Source of the DNA: Macrostomum hystrix
Lineage: Eukaryota > Animalia > Platyhelminthes
Assembly (NCBI GenBank): GCA_950097015.1
Contig: CATNEN010000012.1
Coordinates: 3,720,001-3,784,000, forward strand
DNA length: 64,000 nucleotides
Direction: 5' to 3'
Under the pieces are notes generated by a model. That model worked only from the letters and a program-made list of their open reading frames with translations. It searched no databases and was not told where the DNA came from. The translations under genes were made by a program, and so were the position numbers. Below, piece by piece: positions 45,597 to 56,930 of this stretch. Numbering within the stretch: position 1 is the stretch's first letter; the number at the start of each line of letters is the position of its first letter.

Positions 45597-48198
45597 ATGG
45601 GTGGCGACAAGAAAAAGAAGAAGCAGCACCGCGAAGTCGAGACAGCAGAGTCCTTGGGAGAAATTCACGCTTCTGAGAACTTTGTCATTCAGCCATCTGA
45701 GCGAGTTGCTAGTCTCGACGCCTCTCAGTGGCCAATTCTGTTAAAGAACTTTGACAAGCTCAATGTTCGCACCAATCACTACACGCCGTTGCCCTTTGGC
45801 TGCTGTCCTCTTAAGCGTCCTATTAAAGACTACGTTTCGTAAGTGATTTTGCTTATGAAATTCGACAGAAATGCTTTTTAAAACAGTCTTAAAGTTCATC
45901 TTTTAATTAATTTCCCCCATAGGTCTGGCATGATCAACCTGGACAAACCCAGCAATCCCAGCTCGCATGAGGTTGTGTCCTGGGTAAAGCAGATTCTCAA
46001 AGTTGATAAAACTGGACACAGCGGCACTCTAGATCCCAAGGTCACCGGCTGCCTGATTGTGTGCATTGGTCGGGCTACGCGCCTAGTTAAAAGTCAACAG
46101 TCTGCTGGCAAAGAGTACGTAGCCATTTTCAAGCTTCACTCGCTAGTTAAAGACGAGAAAAAACTGCTGTCGGCTGTCGAGACCCTGACTGGAGCTTTGT
46201 TCCAGCGGCCGCCTTTGATCTCGTCTGTGAAGCGCCAACTGCGCATTCGCACTGTTTATAAATCTAAGCTGCTCGAGTACAATGACCGGAGAGGAATCGG
46301 TAAGGGGCGAAACACATTATTCTACGTCTAGTTTTTAATTCATACATTAGTGCTATTTTAGTAGTTTCTGATGCATTTTATGTTATATCAGGCTTTGTTA
46401 AGCTGAGACCCTAATGAGTCCGCTACAATATATTTTGTCAGGTATCCTCTGGCTAGACTGCGAAGCTGGCACCTACGTCCGCACACTGTGCGTGCATCTC
46501 GGCCTACTTCTAGGCGTTGGCGGCCAGATGATCGAACTGCGTCGAGTGCGATCCGGCCTGCACAAGGAGAAAGTGAGTTTTCGGTTGATTTTTTATTTTA
46601 AATATGTCCTAAATTTATGGAGGAATGGAGGTTAGACCTAAAATATTTTTCTGACAATAAATTTAACAGGACAACCTAGTCACAATGCACGATGTACTGG
46701 ACGCCCAGTGGATGTATGAGAATCACAAAGACGAGACCTACCTGCGTCGCGCTATTCGGCCTCTGGAGTGCCTGCTAACTGGGCACAAGCGTGTCTTTGT
46801 CAAAGACAGCGCCGTCAATGCTGTCTGCTACGGCGCCAGGATTCTGCTGCCCGGTGTGCTGCGTTACGAGGATGGCATCTCCATTGGCGAGGAGATCGTC
46901 ATTTGCACTACCAAGGGCGAAGCTATTTGCATTGGTGAGCAAAGATATCACTTGGAAATAACCAGCTTTGTCTATGGGTTTGTCCATCTACTTTTAGTAT
47001 TATTCCTGTACCTAAACTAACTCACTTTAAGCTGTTTAAGCTCATTGGTTAGAGCGTAGGACTCATGACTTAAGGGTCGGGAGTTTGGATGCACAACTAG
47101 CATCCAAATATTGTTAGTAAGCTAATTGATATCTACTACACTGAAATAATAATATTATTAGCTGCAGCTACGGGCAATGGCACATTATTTGGAGGCAATT
47201 CTGCCCACTGAGCACATGCACTCAGATACTGTACACAGGCACTAGCCAGATATTTAAAAAGGATGATCTCCAACGTGTACTGAGCCGCATTTCATTTGCG
47301 ACACTTATGACTATCAAAAGAAACGATACCTGACCTTAGCCTGATGTATTCATTTTGCAGCATCAAAATATTGTTAGTAAGCTAATTGTTACGCATGTTT
47401 TGTGACACTTGAAAAATCTAGCCATCGCCCAGATGACAACGGCCGTAATGGCCTCCTGCGATCACGGCATGGTGGCCAAATCCAAGCGAGTCATCATGGA
47501 GCGTGACACCTATCCGCGCAAATGGGGCCTCGGCAACCGGGCTGTTGAGAAGAAGAAACTGATTGCAGCCGGCCTGCTAGGCAAGTTTGGCAAGCCTAAC
47601 GACAAGACGCCTAAGGAGTGGCTGCAGCAGTGCCCGCCGCTTGACCAGTCGGCCTCAGCCAAGTGAGTTGCAGATTCTCTTAAGTTTTTTTTCTTCGATA
47701 AAAAATCGATACTGTGACGAGCAACGTTATTCTGTTCTTTTTTTTCCAATTTTCCCTTAACAAACCTGTACTGTTTCTGAAGTGACTCAGCTTGACTCAA
47801 CTGTCTCGTTTTTATCGGGGTTAGTTATGATTATGATCTTAGCAACTATTATCAACAGTCGGTGCTCATTTTACTATCTAGTGTCTCTGAATTGCTCCGA
47901 CGGAGTTAATTATGAGAAAAAATATTCCATGTTGCTCGCTATTTTCAGACCCTCCTCCAAGAACAATGAGGCATCGGCTGTCACTTCGCCTGTGGCCACG
48001 CCGTCGAAGGTACAAATAATAGTTTTGTTGTGTGTTTTTTACACTAAGTTGTATGTAAAATCAAAAATGCTATTCTGCGTAAGTTAGAAAATTGTTCATA
48101 GTAATTCTAGTTGCACTTCGTTGTTTTCGCAGAAGGCCGCCAAGCCAGCTCCTCCGCCTTCGTCATCATCTAGTTCCGAATCGTCTGATTCCGATTGA
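45597..48198 (+). CDS. DKC1: Dyskerin / Cbf5 H/ACA pseudouridine synthase, 460 aa
   Basis: Exons 45597-45838, 45923-46299, 46442-46572, 46670-46934, 47422-47662, 47949-48009, 48133-48198. Motifs [25 protein letters not shown] (catalytic Asp), [14 protein letters not shown] domain, [13 protein letters not shown]. Confidence 0.96.
47146..47245 (-). mobile_element. 3' fragment of the SINE family in DKC1 intron 4
   Basis: Reverse complement gives gggcagaattgcctcc..aaataatgtgccattgcccgtagc plus an att-type tail, matching the ends of SINE copies 1 and 2. Confidence 0.6.
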
Positions 48199-48275
48199 CA
48201 GCGGAGAAAACAGTTTAGAACTAGGTAAGAGCTGTACTGCTTTGCTTTAATAATACTGTTGACATTGTTGTCAAT

Positions 48276-48332
48276 ATGATGCTTTAAAATGTCTGATCTG
48301 AATCACAAATGTGGAATCAAACTTATAACTGA
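48276..48332 (+). ncRNA. Candidate intronic box C/D snoRNA, target unknown
   Basis: C-like ATGATGC, D' CTGA, C'-like ATGTGGA, D CTGA; 57 nt; D box ends 85 nt before the 3' splice site of intron 48225-48417. Imperfect C box and no terminal stem. Confidence 0.4.
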
Positions 48333-49289
48333 TACCATAAATGATTTTGTGAAGCTACTCTGCCACGCGCTGTATTTTTTTCTTCTATAAAATTGATTTC
48401 TCTGTTTTCCATTTCAGAATACGTGGCATCAGAATTCAGAATTCTTGATGCCAATAGAAGCAAATTGCATCAAGAAAGTGAGCAGTGTCTCTGTACATTT
48501 TTCCTGCTGGTGTCGGTAGACTCAATTTCACCCTTGTTAAATCGTATTTTCGGAACGTAGATCCGGATCTTATTAGGCCATTATTTTATCTTCAGTTATA
48601 CGACTGTTCTTTGCTTGAAAGCAATTGATATATGCAATTAAGACTCCTTTTAATAATTGATCAGTCAATGCTTCTTAATCCCTGCGTTGTAGTTTATGAT
48701 TATAACATGTTATGTATGAGTTAGTGAGTATATCAAATTTATATACTAGTTCAGTTGCTCCAGCTGGTGTTCAGAAACAACTTTTTGTGCTCATTTCGGC
48801 GCGTTATCTTTTTGAAGCTTAAAAAGCCAAATGTTAATCAGACCGGCTGTTGTTTGCATTTTTGTTTAAAAAAAGATGGCCTTGATAATCGAATAAATGA
48901 AACTGTTAGCTGCAGGGCCGCTGTGCCCAGCTAAGATTTATTTGTCTTGGCCTCTTGTGTTCGGGATAAAAAAACGACTGTGTTACATCTTGCGCTTGCT
49001 TCTTTTTGGTTTCAAAGGCTCCATCCGGTATAGTAAACTTAGTAGGAAATTATACGTCATTTTGAAATTATATTTCCGATAATAATTCTGCAGCTTTCTT
49101 TTACAGTCAATTTACTTGGAATAGGATATTGCTGAAGTGCTTCTTTAATAAAGTCTGTATGAGAACAGACAGCTGCATACTTATTTATGGTAAGCACCTT
49201 GCACTAATTGTCTTTTGTTACGTAACCTATGTAACCTAAACTATAATTAAACAACATAAAAATGTCTGCTAAAAAAAGTAGTGATTTTT

Positions 49290-49347
49290 ATGATGATAAT
49301 TAGACAAGCATATATCTGAAATTCTATGTAGATTAAAACATCTCTGA
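49290..49347 (+). ncRNA. SNORD27: Box C/D snoRNA U27/SNORD27 (snR74)-like, copy 1
   Basis: C ATGATGA; guide GACAAGCATAT-at-CTGA(D') complementary to 18S ATATGCTTGTC, with the D'+5 position on the A27/A28 site; C' ATGTAGA; D CTGA. Lies in GT-AG intron 49190-49430, 83 nt from the 3' splice site. Confidence 0.85.
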
Positions 49348-49530
49348 TTTAATTTTTAATGGGGGATAGGATCTGTACAATCAGTGTAAGACTATTGTTT
49401 CTGATATATTCTTGTTTTCTTGTCTTTTAGGTCATCCTTAACTGTTGAATCGCATCCGTACTCAACTTATTTCAACTTTTAGCGCGTAAGTTCTGTTCTT
49501 ATGCTTTTTTTGTTTTAATAAGCATATTTT

Positions 49531-49587
49531 GTGATGATAATTGACAAGCATATATCTGAAATGGATGTTGATTAATTTACTGTCTGA
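49531..49587 (+). ncRNA. SNORD27: Box C/D snoRNA U27/SNORD27-like, copy 2
   Basis: C GTGATGA; same guide and D' box; C' ATGTTGA; D CTGA; short terminal stem. Lies in intron 49486-49665 (TACTAAC branch point 49637-49643), 78 nt from the 3' splice site. Confidence 0.88.
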
Positions 49588-51419
49588 AAGTCTTACCGAA
49601 AGTTCACTCACTACAAATCTGAAAACATACTTTTACTACTAACTTTCACGCTTCATCCTTTTTAGGCTTAACTGCGGACTGAATGTTGGTCGGAATTCGA
49701 ATTCTAGTCTTGTTTGACCAATCAATAGCTAGTTGGACTATTAATACTTGTACATAGTTAATATGGTAAGAACCTTTTTTTGGCCTGTTGATTAAAACTA
49801 CTTCATATAACTTTTAGTTATCTTACGATAAATATTTTACTATAGTATTTTACCTAAAATGTTTTAGACTACTTGTATTAAGCAAAAAGGTTGGTTACAT
49901 AATAATAAAGTCGGATGATAGCAGTCAGAATTATGGCACGATCAAGTTGCACACAAACATTTTATGTTCGATATCTAAGCTGCTCATATATCATAAATGT
50001 TTTTTACGCAAGCTGTATACAATCATTTAATGCTCGCTTTAAGAAAGGAGGCAGACTAGCTTCTTTCAGACATTGTTATAAAGATGGCCCTAAATAGTTG
50101 CGCTTTGTTGTATGGCTTTTATTTAAGCTTAAAAGCTGTAGTTCAAGGCGAAGTCTTGCACTCAGGCCACGACAGGCCAGTCCACTTTAAAAGGATTTTT
50201 AAAGCGGTGTGCAGCTCAATTGGCTCGAACTCTTTTTATTGTCTGGCTGGTTGTTCAGGCAAATGCATATTCAGGTGTACTAAATGTGTCTTACAGTATT
50301 AAGGAAATCTAACTTAACATGTAATTTCGACGCATACATGAGCAACGTTAAATGCAAAAAATGGACAATGAAATTATTTGCTAAAACTGTTACTAGACCC
50401 ACAATTCTAATTCCACATTTTTAATTGGCATACTTGTGGAGGCCAGTCCATTGGAGGCAGGCATAGAAGTATCTATAATATACTTATTGTTGTTTGCCAG
50501 TCACACGTATCAACTAACTTAAAATTGCCCTCGTGCAATAATTAGCTCGAGGCGGGCGGTCGCACCGTGGGAAGTTAGAAATAAAAGCGACTGATAAAAA
50601 ACGAGAGAATAACATGCAAGACTAGTTAAATGGCTAGCCTGCTAACTCAGATGAATGCTATAAGATGGCTTGGAGCTAGGAAAAATCATAGAAACAGATC
50701 TTCGTACATCTCCACTCGTTCGAGTTGAAAAGAAATGGACAAAAAGCAAATGGGTTTAGTTTTCAATAGACGAAAAAATATGCTGCTCTCTTAATGGTCT
50801 ATTTTGCCCTAGCTTATCTACAGCGCCAAAATCTTGGCCCTAAGAATTGAAGATGCGACTGAAACTGTTCTTTTCTTTGGAACTATCTATTCTTTGCAAC
50901 GGTCCTAGCTGTTTGCAAAAAAAACAATGCACGATCTCACTAACCCAGACCTCACAAGCAAGTTCTTTATCAGTCCTTAGGAATTCGAGTGTTTAATTGC
51001 TAGCTGCCAGTTTGCATTAAGGCATAGCTAGTAAAAAGACCACAAGACGCTATTTCTTCACACGAGATTGTGACTACGCATTTGCAAAGTATTTGCTATG
51101 CATTTTTCTTTCAGTCCGTTTGTCTCACGGGTGTCCTGCAACCTCACTCCATCTTCCTAGTAGACAAAATTTGCCAGTCAGCGAATTGGAGTCCTGGGCC
51201 AGGTGTCCTACGTGACGAGCCAATGGCTGCGTCATTGTTGCTTGCGCTCTCATTGGATGCACCGCATAAATTAATAAGTATACGCTAGCCGACACGACTG
51301 GAGTACGATCAAAAAACCTTTACAAGCGCACTAGCAACGTTATTACAGAAAAGCCGAACGCACGGCTTTGAAATTTTTCGTGCCTGATTATTGTGGGACC
51401 CGGAACTATCCTTTCCTAA

Positions 51420-52631
51420 ATGCCGGTAGGCCGGTACAAGCATGTTTCATCGCGCTTCCAGCAGTGGCGCATCCTTCCACCTGATTGTAAGTCTTGGATA
51501 GAGCGTCGGGATCAGGAACTACCAGCAGATGCTGCTCCAACTGCTTCCAATGCTTCAGCGGCTGCTGCGTCAGCATCTGCGACTGCATCTGTTTCTGCCA
51601 CAGGCCGCCTGGGCGATCTCCCGGTAAACGTGACACAGGAACGACTCTACCAAAGTCGCCTTTTTGATTTGGCTAGGGAGCGACACAAAATGATTCAGGA
51701 GAGCGATTTTGTACGCAACCAGTTTATTGACCATCAGGTGCGCAAAGCTAGATCAAAGTCACTTGGTCGACTATTACAAGGTCTTGATATTGAACAATAT
51801 CGTAACAAGAGTGCTAGCGGAGTTGAAAAGCTGCACCAGCGATCTGCGCATGCCAAGCTAATGATTCTAGCTAACCGGCTTCTAGGTCTGAGCATTGATG
51901 AGGTGAGCAAGTTTAGCGAAGCAGAGCTGCGGCAACGATTAAACATTTCTGCATCCGGCACTCAGGATGAAACGGTACCAGAGTTAATCACTGCGCCTCC
52001 GCCGACAGCTCCACTTCCACCACTCCACGAAAACCAGCAGCAGCCACAGCGGCCATCCACATCGCGGACGCAGGTTTTGAACCCAACTGGTTGGATGGAC
52101 CAGTCATTGCCATCATCATCTCGGCCTGGGAGCCGTCGACCTGGCTCCACTGGACGCAACGCTTTTGCACCCGCATTTGCCGCTGGATTACCCGGTGTTG
52201 CTGGCACTCCTGACCGGTATCATAACAGGCGCCAGTCTAGTAGCTATAGGGCGCGCGTATCTATCGCTGCTGGGGCGACAGGCCAGTCTTCGCCGGATCG
52301 TCGACCACGGACCGCGTCCGCCAGGCGTCGTGTACAATCAGACCCGCGTTGCGTCCAGCTAATCAACACCCTGACGCCGCGTTATAAGCCTGTTGGCAAG
52401 CCGCAAGATGTTAGTGCAATCATCCGGGCCAATCCCTCCCTGTTCCAGCCGGCTGAGCGAAGCAGTGATCAAGATGAAGCACAGCAACAGCTGCAGCAGT
52501 CCATGCAACATTTGCAGCAGAGACAAAAAGCAGCAAAGGGAAGACGAACCCGGCGTGAAGCATTGGAGATGCTAGATAACATTGTCAGGACACGGTATTA
52601 TGAAGCTGGAAACCTGGCTAGCCTTGGCTGA
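51420..52631 (+). CDS. Uncharacterised single-exon protein (403 aa; Ala-, Pro/Ser/Arg- and Gln-rich)
   Basis: Long non-repetitive GC-rich ORF in AT-rich flanks with composition like neighbouring exons; no family recognised; start codon uncertain. Confidence 0.65.
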   Translation: MPVGRYKHVSSRFQQWRILPPDCKSWIERRDQELPADAAPTASNASAAAASASATASVSATGRLGDLPVNVTQERLYQSRLFDLARERHKMIQESDFVRNQFIDHQVRKARSKSLGRLLQGLDIEQYRNKSASGVEKLHQRSAHAKLMILANRLLGLSIDEVSKFSEAELRQRLNISASGTQDETVPELITAPPPTAPLPPLHENQQQPQRPSTSRTQVLNPTGWMDQSLPSSSRPGSRRPGSTGRNAFAPAFAAGLPGVAGTPDRYHNRRQSSSYRARVSIAAGATGQSSPDRRPRTASARRRVQSDPRCVQLINTLTPRYKPVGKPQDVSAIIRANPSLFQPAERSSDQDEAQQQLQQSMQHLQQRQKAAKGRRTRREALEMLDNIVRTRYYEAGNLASLG

Positions 52632-54206
52632 AGGAAAATTTCGACGAAGGAAAGTCAGCGATCGTTATCGTTGACCGGCAGAGTTTGTTTGTGTGCTGCT
52701 TATTATAAAATAATCAGATTTAGATTTGAAAATCTTTATCTGCATCCTGCTCTGCTATTTTTGCTATTACTTTCTGTGCATGATTACTGTGTGTGTGCGT
52801 CCCAACTGTATAAGATGATATGACTTCTGACCTCCGTTAGTCTCAGCTTCAGCTCAGCAGAAGTCTCTAGCTGTTTCCTTGCCAAATTATTTCTAATTTT
52901 GTGTGAATCATGAATTCAGTACAGTATCGTAGGTATTTTTGTTTTTGTCGTTCTTCTACGTGTTTTACTAATGAATCTGCATAATTTTATTAAGATTTGA
53001 TGTGTGTGCCATAAATGAGAATTTGCTTGTGGTTTTTTACACCTCAGTTTCATTTGATTGTCCAGCGCCTCTGATATAAGTGTCATATTTTTGGTAGTTG
53101 TGTTAGTTGCACACGAAATAGATCTTAAAACTCAATTCGCCTTCTTTAAAAAAAGCGTTTGTATCGACTCAAGCATACATTAAATGTGAATGTTTTATGA
53201 AACGCTACATACTGCTAGTATATTGCTCGTATAATCTAAAACAGTAAAACGTGGTTAAGGCTTTGAACTAGCGCGCGAAAAATATAGGTTAATTTTCTAA
53301 TGCGACTACTTCTCTACTAAGTAGGATTAGTAGGATAAAGGTTTTCGTTTCTAACCAACAACTGACGATAACCCGAAGTTAAATATCCAAAATTTAAGCC
53401 GCCGCTTTTCATGGTTAGAAATCGAGACTTTCTAATTATATTAGCTATTAAGCACAAGCTTATATAAAAAATTGCCCTTACAAATTAACCCAGATCCCGA
53501 CCCCGAACTAACCCCAGCGTCAAAAACTAGAATAAAATTGCGTCTTAGATTACTAGTCAGTTAAAATTTCATTTGTTAGTACTCTTACTCCGGTGTCATA
53601 CACCATATACTGTACGAATTCCGCCGTTGGAGTCTAAACTCAAAAGTTGATAGTTTTTTAAACAATTTTTGAAATATTGTGTGCAATCTAGCTATCTGAT
53701 AAAATATTGCATGCTGCTGGTTTATCAGAATGTACAATCTGACGTAAACGGTGCCTTTGTACCTGTGCCTGCAATTGTATTCTGTGGCTAAGCAGGAATA
53801 AAACCTTGGCTTTCAGCTATCTCTGGCCCGTGTAAACAAGCACACACCAACAAACTGGATCTCAGCTCATATCGCCAGAATGTTAAGACAAGCCAAGTGT
53901 GCATTTTTATCTTATTTTGGCAGGAAAGTAAATGAATCAGAGGTTGAGAGACTAGATGGTCGGTTTAAGCGAAGACTTGGTGACTTTGCACATATACTTT
54001 TTGAAAAGTCGCAGAGTTTGGCTGTAGCACACAAAAAGCGAGTACAGTTCGCGTCACATCCTTGTAGATAGCACAGCACGCAGGTAAAATTAGTGTAGAA
54101 TGCGCTTCTGATCGCGATATAAAGCCACATAGTAACGAAGACGATTTGAGGGCCCGTGTAGTTCACAAAATTAAACAAATAATCTGAAACTCAAGCCGGC
54201 GACTAA

Positions 54207-56930
54207 ATGGGTCAATGTCTTGTCAGCCTACTTGGCAGAAGAAATCAAGGTTCGTCGGCATATCGGCAAGAGAGCCATGACAACATTAACATGGAGCCTA
54301 CAGTGCGCGTGAAAACTCTCTACGAGTACAGCGCCCAGACACCCGGCGACCTGTCGTTTAAGGAAGGCGAAACCCTCATTCTGGAGCGCGAGGATATCGA
54401 TGGGTGGTGGTGGTGCCGCAGCAGTGCTGGTGAATCTGGCTTCGTGCCCTCCAACTTTGTGCAGCGACTCGACCTCGGTCCGGAGTCTTTGCCTTGTTGG
54501 TTCAACGTTGACCGTCATGAGGCAATGAGCAACTTGCTGATGCCTGGCTACAAACCGGGGACTTACCTGTTACGGCCATGCCACCAGCAGAAGAATTTGG
54601 CAAAGTATACGCTAAGCGTTCGAGCCGAAGTTTCTAACGAATCTGGTCAAATGCGACCGACTGTAAGCCACTATATGGTGAAGACGAAAGACAACGGCGG
54701 CTACTACATTACGCCGAAAAATACCTTTGATGACATGCAACAGCTATTGGAGTTTTACCAGATGCCGAATTGTGGCCTTACAGTGCCGCTCATCATGCCT
54801 TGTCCGAAGGTGTGGGTTCCACCGGCTTCGTTCCGCGAATTTGAGGTGGAACGTGACCGCATTACACTAAAGGAGAAGCTTGGCAACGGATCGTTTGGAG
54901 AGGTACAGTAAATAAGATTTTCTCGAGGTTAATTGCGCTTTGCCACGACAGTAGAAAGACCAGGCTATTTTTCCCCTGGGGAAAGACCACGCACTGCCTA
55001 CTTCACGATAGCTCCGAAACCATATTAACGATTTTTTGTGAAATTGCGTCATATGGTTAAAACATTTCCGCTCTTTACGATGAACAAATTTCAAAGCCGT
55101 CCGACATCAGCATCGTCGAGATATTCAGCGATTATTTTCGACGACCCTGGTGACAAGGATAACAGCCGATATGGTTACATGATGAAATTTTGTGAGCAGA
55201 AAAAGCATGCCTATATTGGCTGTTTTGCCACCAGACACCCCGATGTTTTGTGATTTTTTAGTTTCAACGAATAGAGCGGAACATTTTAGCCCGTGTTCAG
55301 GATTTTTATGACGATTGGTCGAATATTTAGGGAGATACAGAAACGAAAAATGTGGGTATTAGAAATACCCCCGTGGTCTCTCTACTGTTATAATGGGGCT
55401 GATATTGTTAAACTGAGTTTTACACCTTGATTTTGTTTACATCCTACCCTATACTAAATCATATACTAAAGCCTAGAACTTCGTACAACGAACGAACTTC
55501 GTTGGAAAAGGACAGTTGGAGAGACTCGAAAACCTGAAGAAGGCCTACTCTTCAATTTGGTCCTGATGGTGTCTTGTACAGCTCAAAATGGCAGAGTATG
55601 GAACACCCTTCCAGCACTGTGTGCTAGCTGTTGCTTCGTAATCACTTTAGTGAAACAAAATCATCGGAAAATGTTGAGACGACTGGGGCCTATTATCAAT
55701 GCAAGCTATTCCATAGGTGACTCGGGCGTGGTTAGAGAGTGCATTATAAGGTCTTTATCTTTCACTGAAACTACTACAGCTGCATGCGCCTGTAGCTTCT
55801 GGTTGCCGTTTTATCTTTTAACATTTTGCAGAATTTTCTTAGACGACAGATAGCTATACTTCGCTAAGGTTGAAAATTGCTCTAACTGTAATTTTTATGG
55901 TACGTTTTTCACCCATAATCAGGTGCAAGCAAATTTCATAGGGAAAAAAAGAATAAGCAACAGAACCCTTAAAATGCAGATTGAAGGCTTCATGCGGTGT
56001 GTACTAAAAATAACAGCTTTATAATATTTTCGTGCTCTGACTTTTTTATTCAATGACCTTTTATTTAATTTAAAACAAAAGAGTTCTCTATAACCAATGA
56101 ACTGTCCAGGAAAATCTATCGCCTACGCTTTATCCACTAATTTGCAGGTGTTCAAAGCCCAGCTTGGGAAGGTGCAGGAAGTGGCCGTGAAGATCATGAC
56201 CGAAGGTGCCATGCGCAAGGAGGAGTTTCTCAGCGAGGGTCGGACTCTGCACAAGCTACATCATCCGAAGATTGTGCAACTGCTGGGCGTCTGCACCAAG
56301 GACGACCCAATCTACATTATCACCGAGTTCATGCCGAACGGTGACCTTAAGAAGTACTTGGTGAAGGACCGGGAGATCGGAAAGGTCAATTTCGAGGCCA
56401 TGGTTGCGATGCTGAGTCAGATCGCTGATGGAATGGAGTACCTGGAAAATAAGGGTTTCATCCATCGCGATTTGAGAGCTGCAAACATTCTCGTCGGCCA
56501 CAACAATGTTGTCAAGGTGGCCGACTTTGGACTGAGCAAGTACCTTGACGAAGACATCTACCTCCAAGCTACGGTGGAGAACAAATTTCCTATTAGATGG
56601 ACAGCGCCAGAGGCTGCTAGATCACCGACCATGTTCAGCATTAAGTCAGACGTCTGGTCGTATGGCGTACTGATCTACGAGGTTGTCACCAAAGGCGCCA
56701 CTCCTTATCCCAACCTGGGGAACCGTGAGATCATTGACAAAGTGGGCGATGGAAACTATCGCATGCCGAATCCCAGGTCTTTGGGCAACGAGAATGACGA
56801 CCACATGTACGCAGTGATGCTGGACTGCTGGAGGGCTACGCCTGCGGACAGACCGACTTTTGCCACTCTGAAGGACATTTTCACGAGCTACAGAACTGAA
56901 TTTGAGAAGCAGTATTCGCAGAACGAATGA
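54207..56930 (+). CDS. Src-family non-receptor tyrosine kinase (SH3-SH2-kinase), 492 aa
   Basis: Exons 54207-54902 and 56148-56930 (phase 0). N-terminal MGQC, SH3 TLYEYSA..DLSF..WW..GFVPSNFV, SH2 YLLRPC, GNGSFGEV, VAVK, HRDLRAAN (Src signature), DFG, activation-loop Tyr, C-terminal EKQY tail. Confidence 0.92.

Noticed and set aside
48724-49106. H/ACA snoRNA in a DKC1 downstream intron (hairpins near 48877-48935)
   Set aside because: No convincing ANANNA hinge plus ACA could be placed by eye; needs snoGPS/Infernal.
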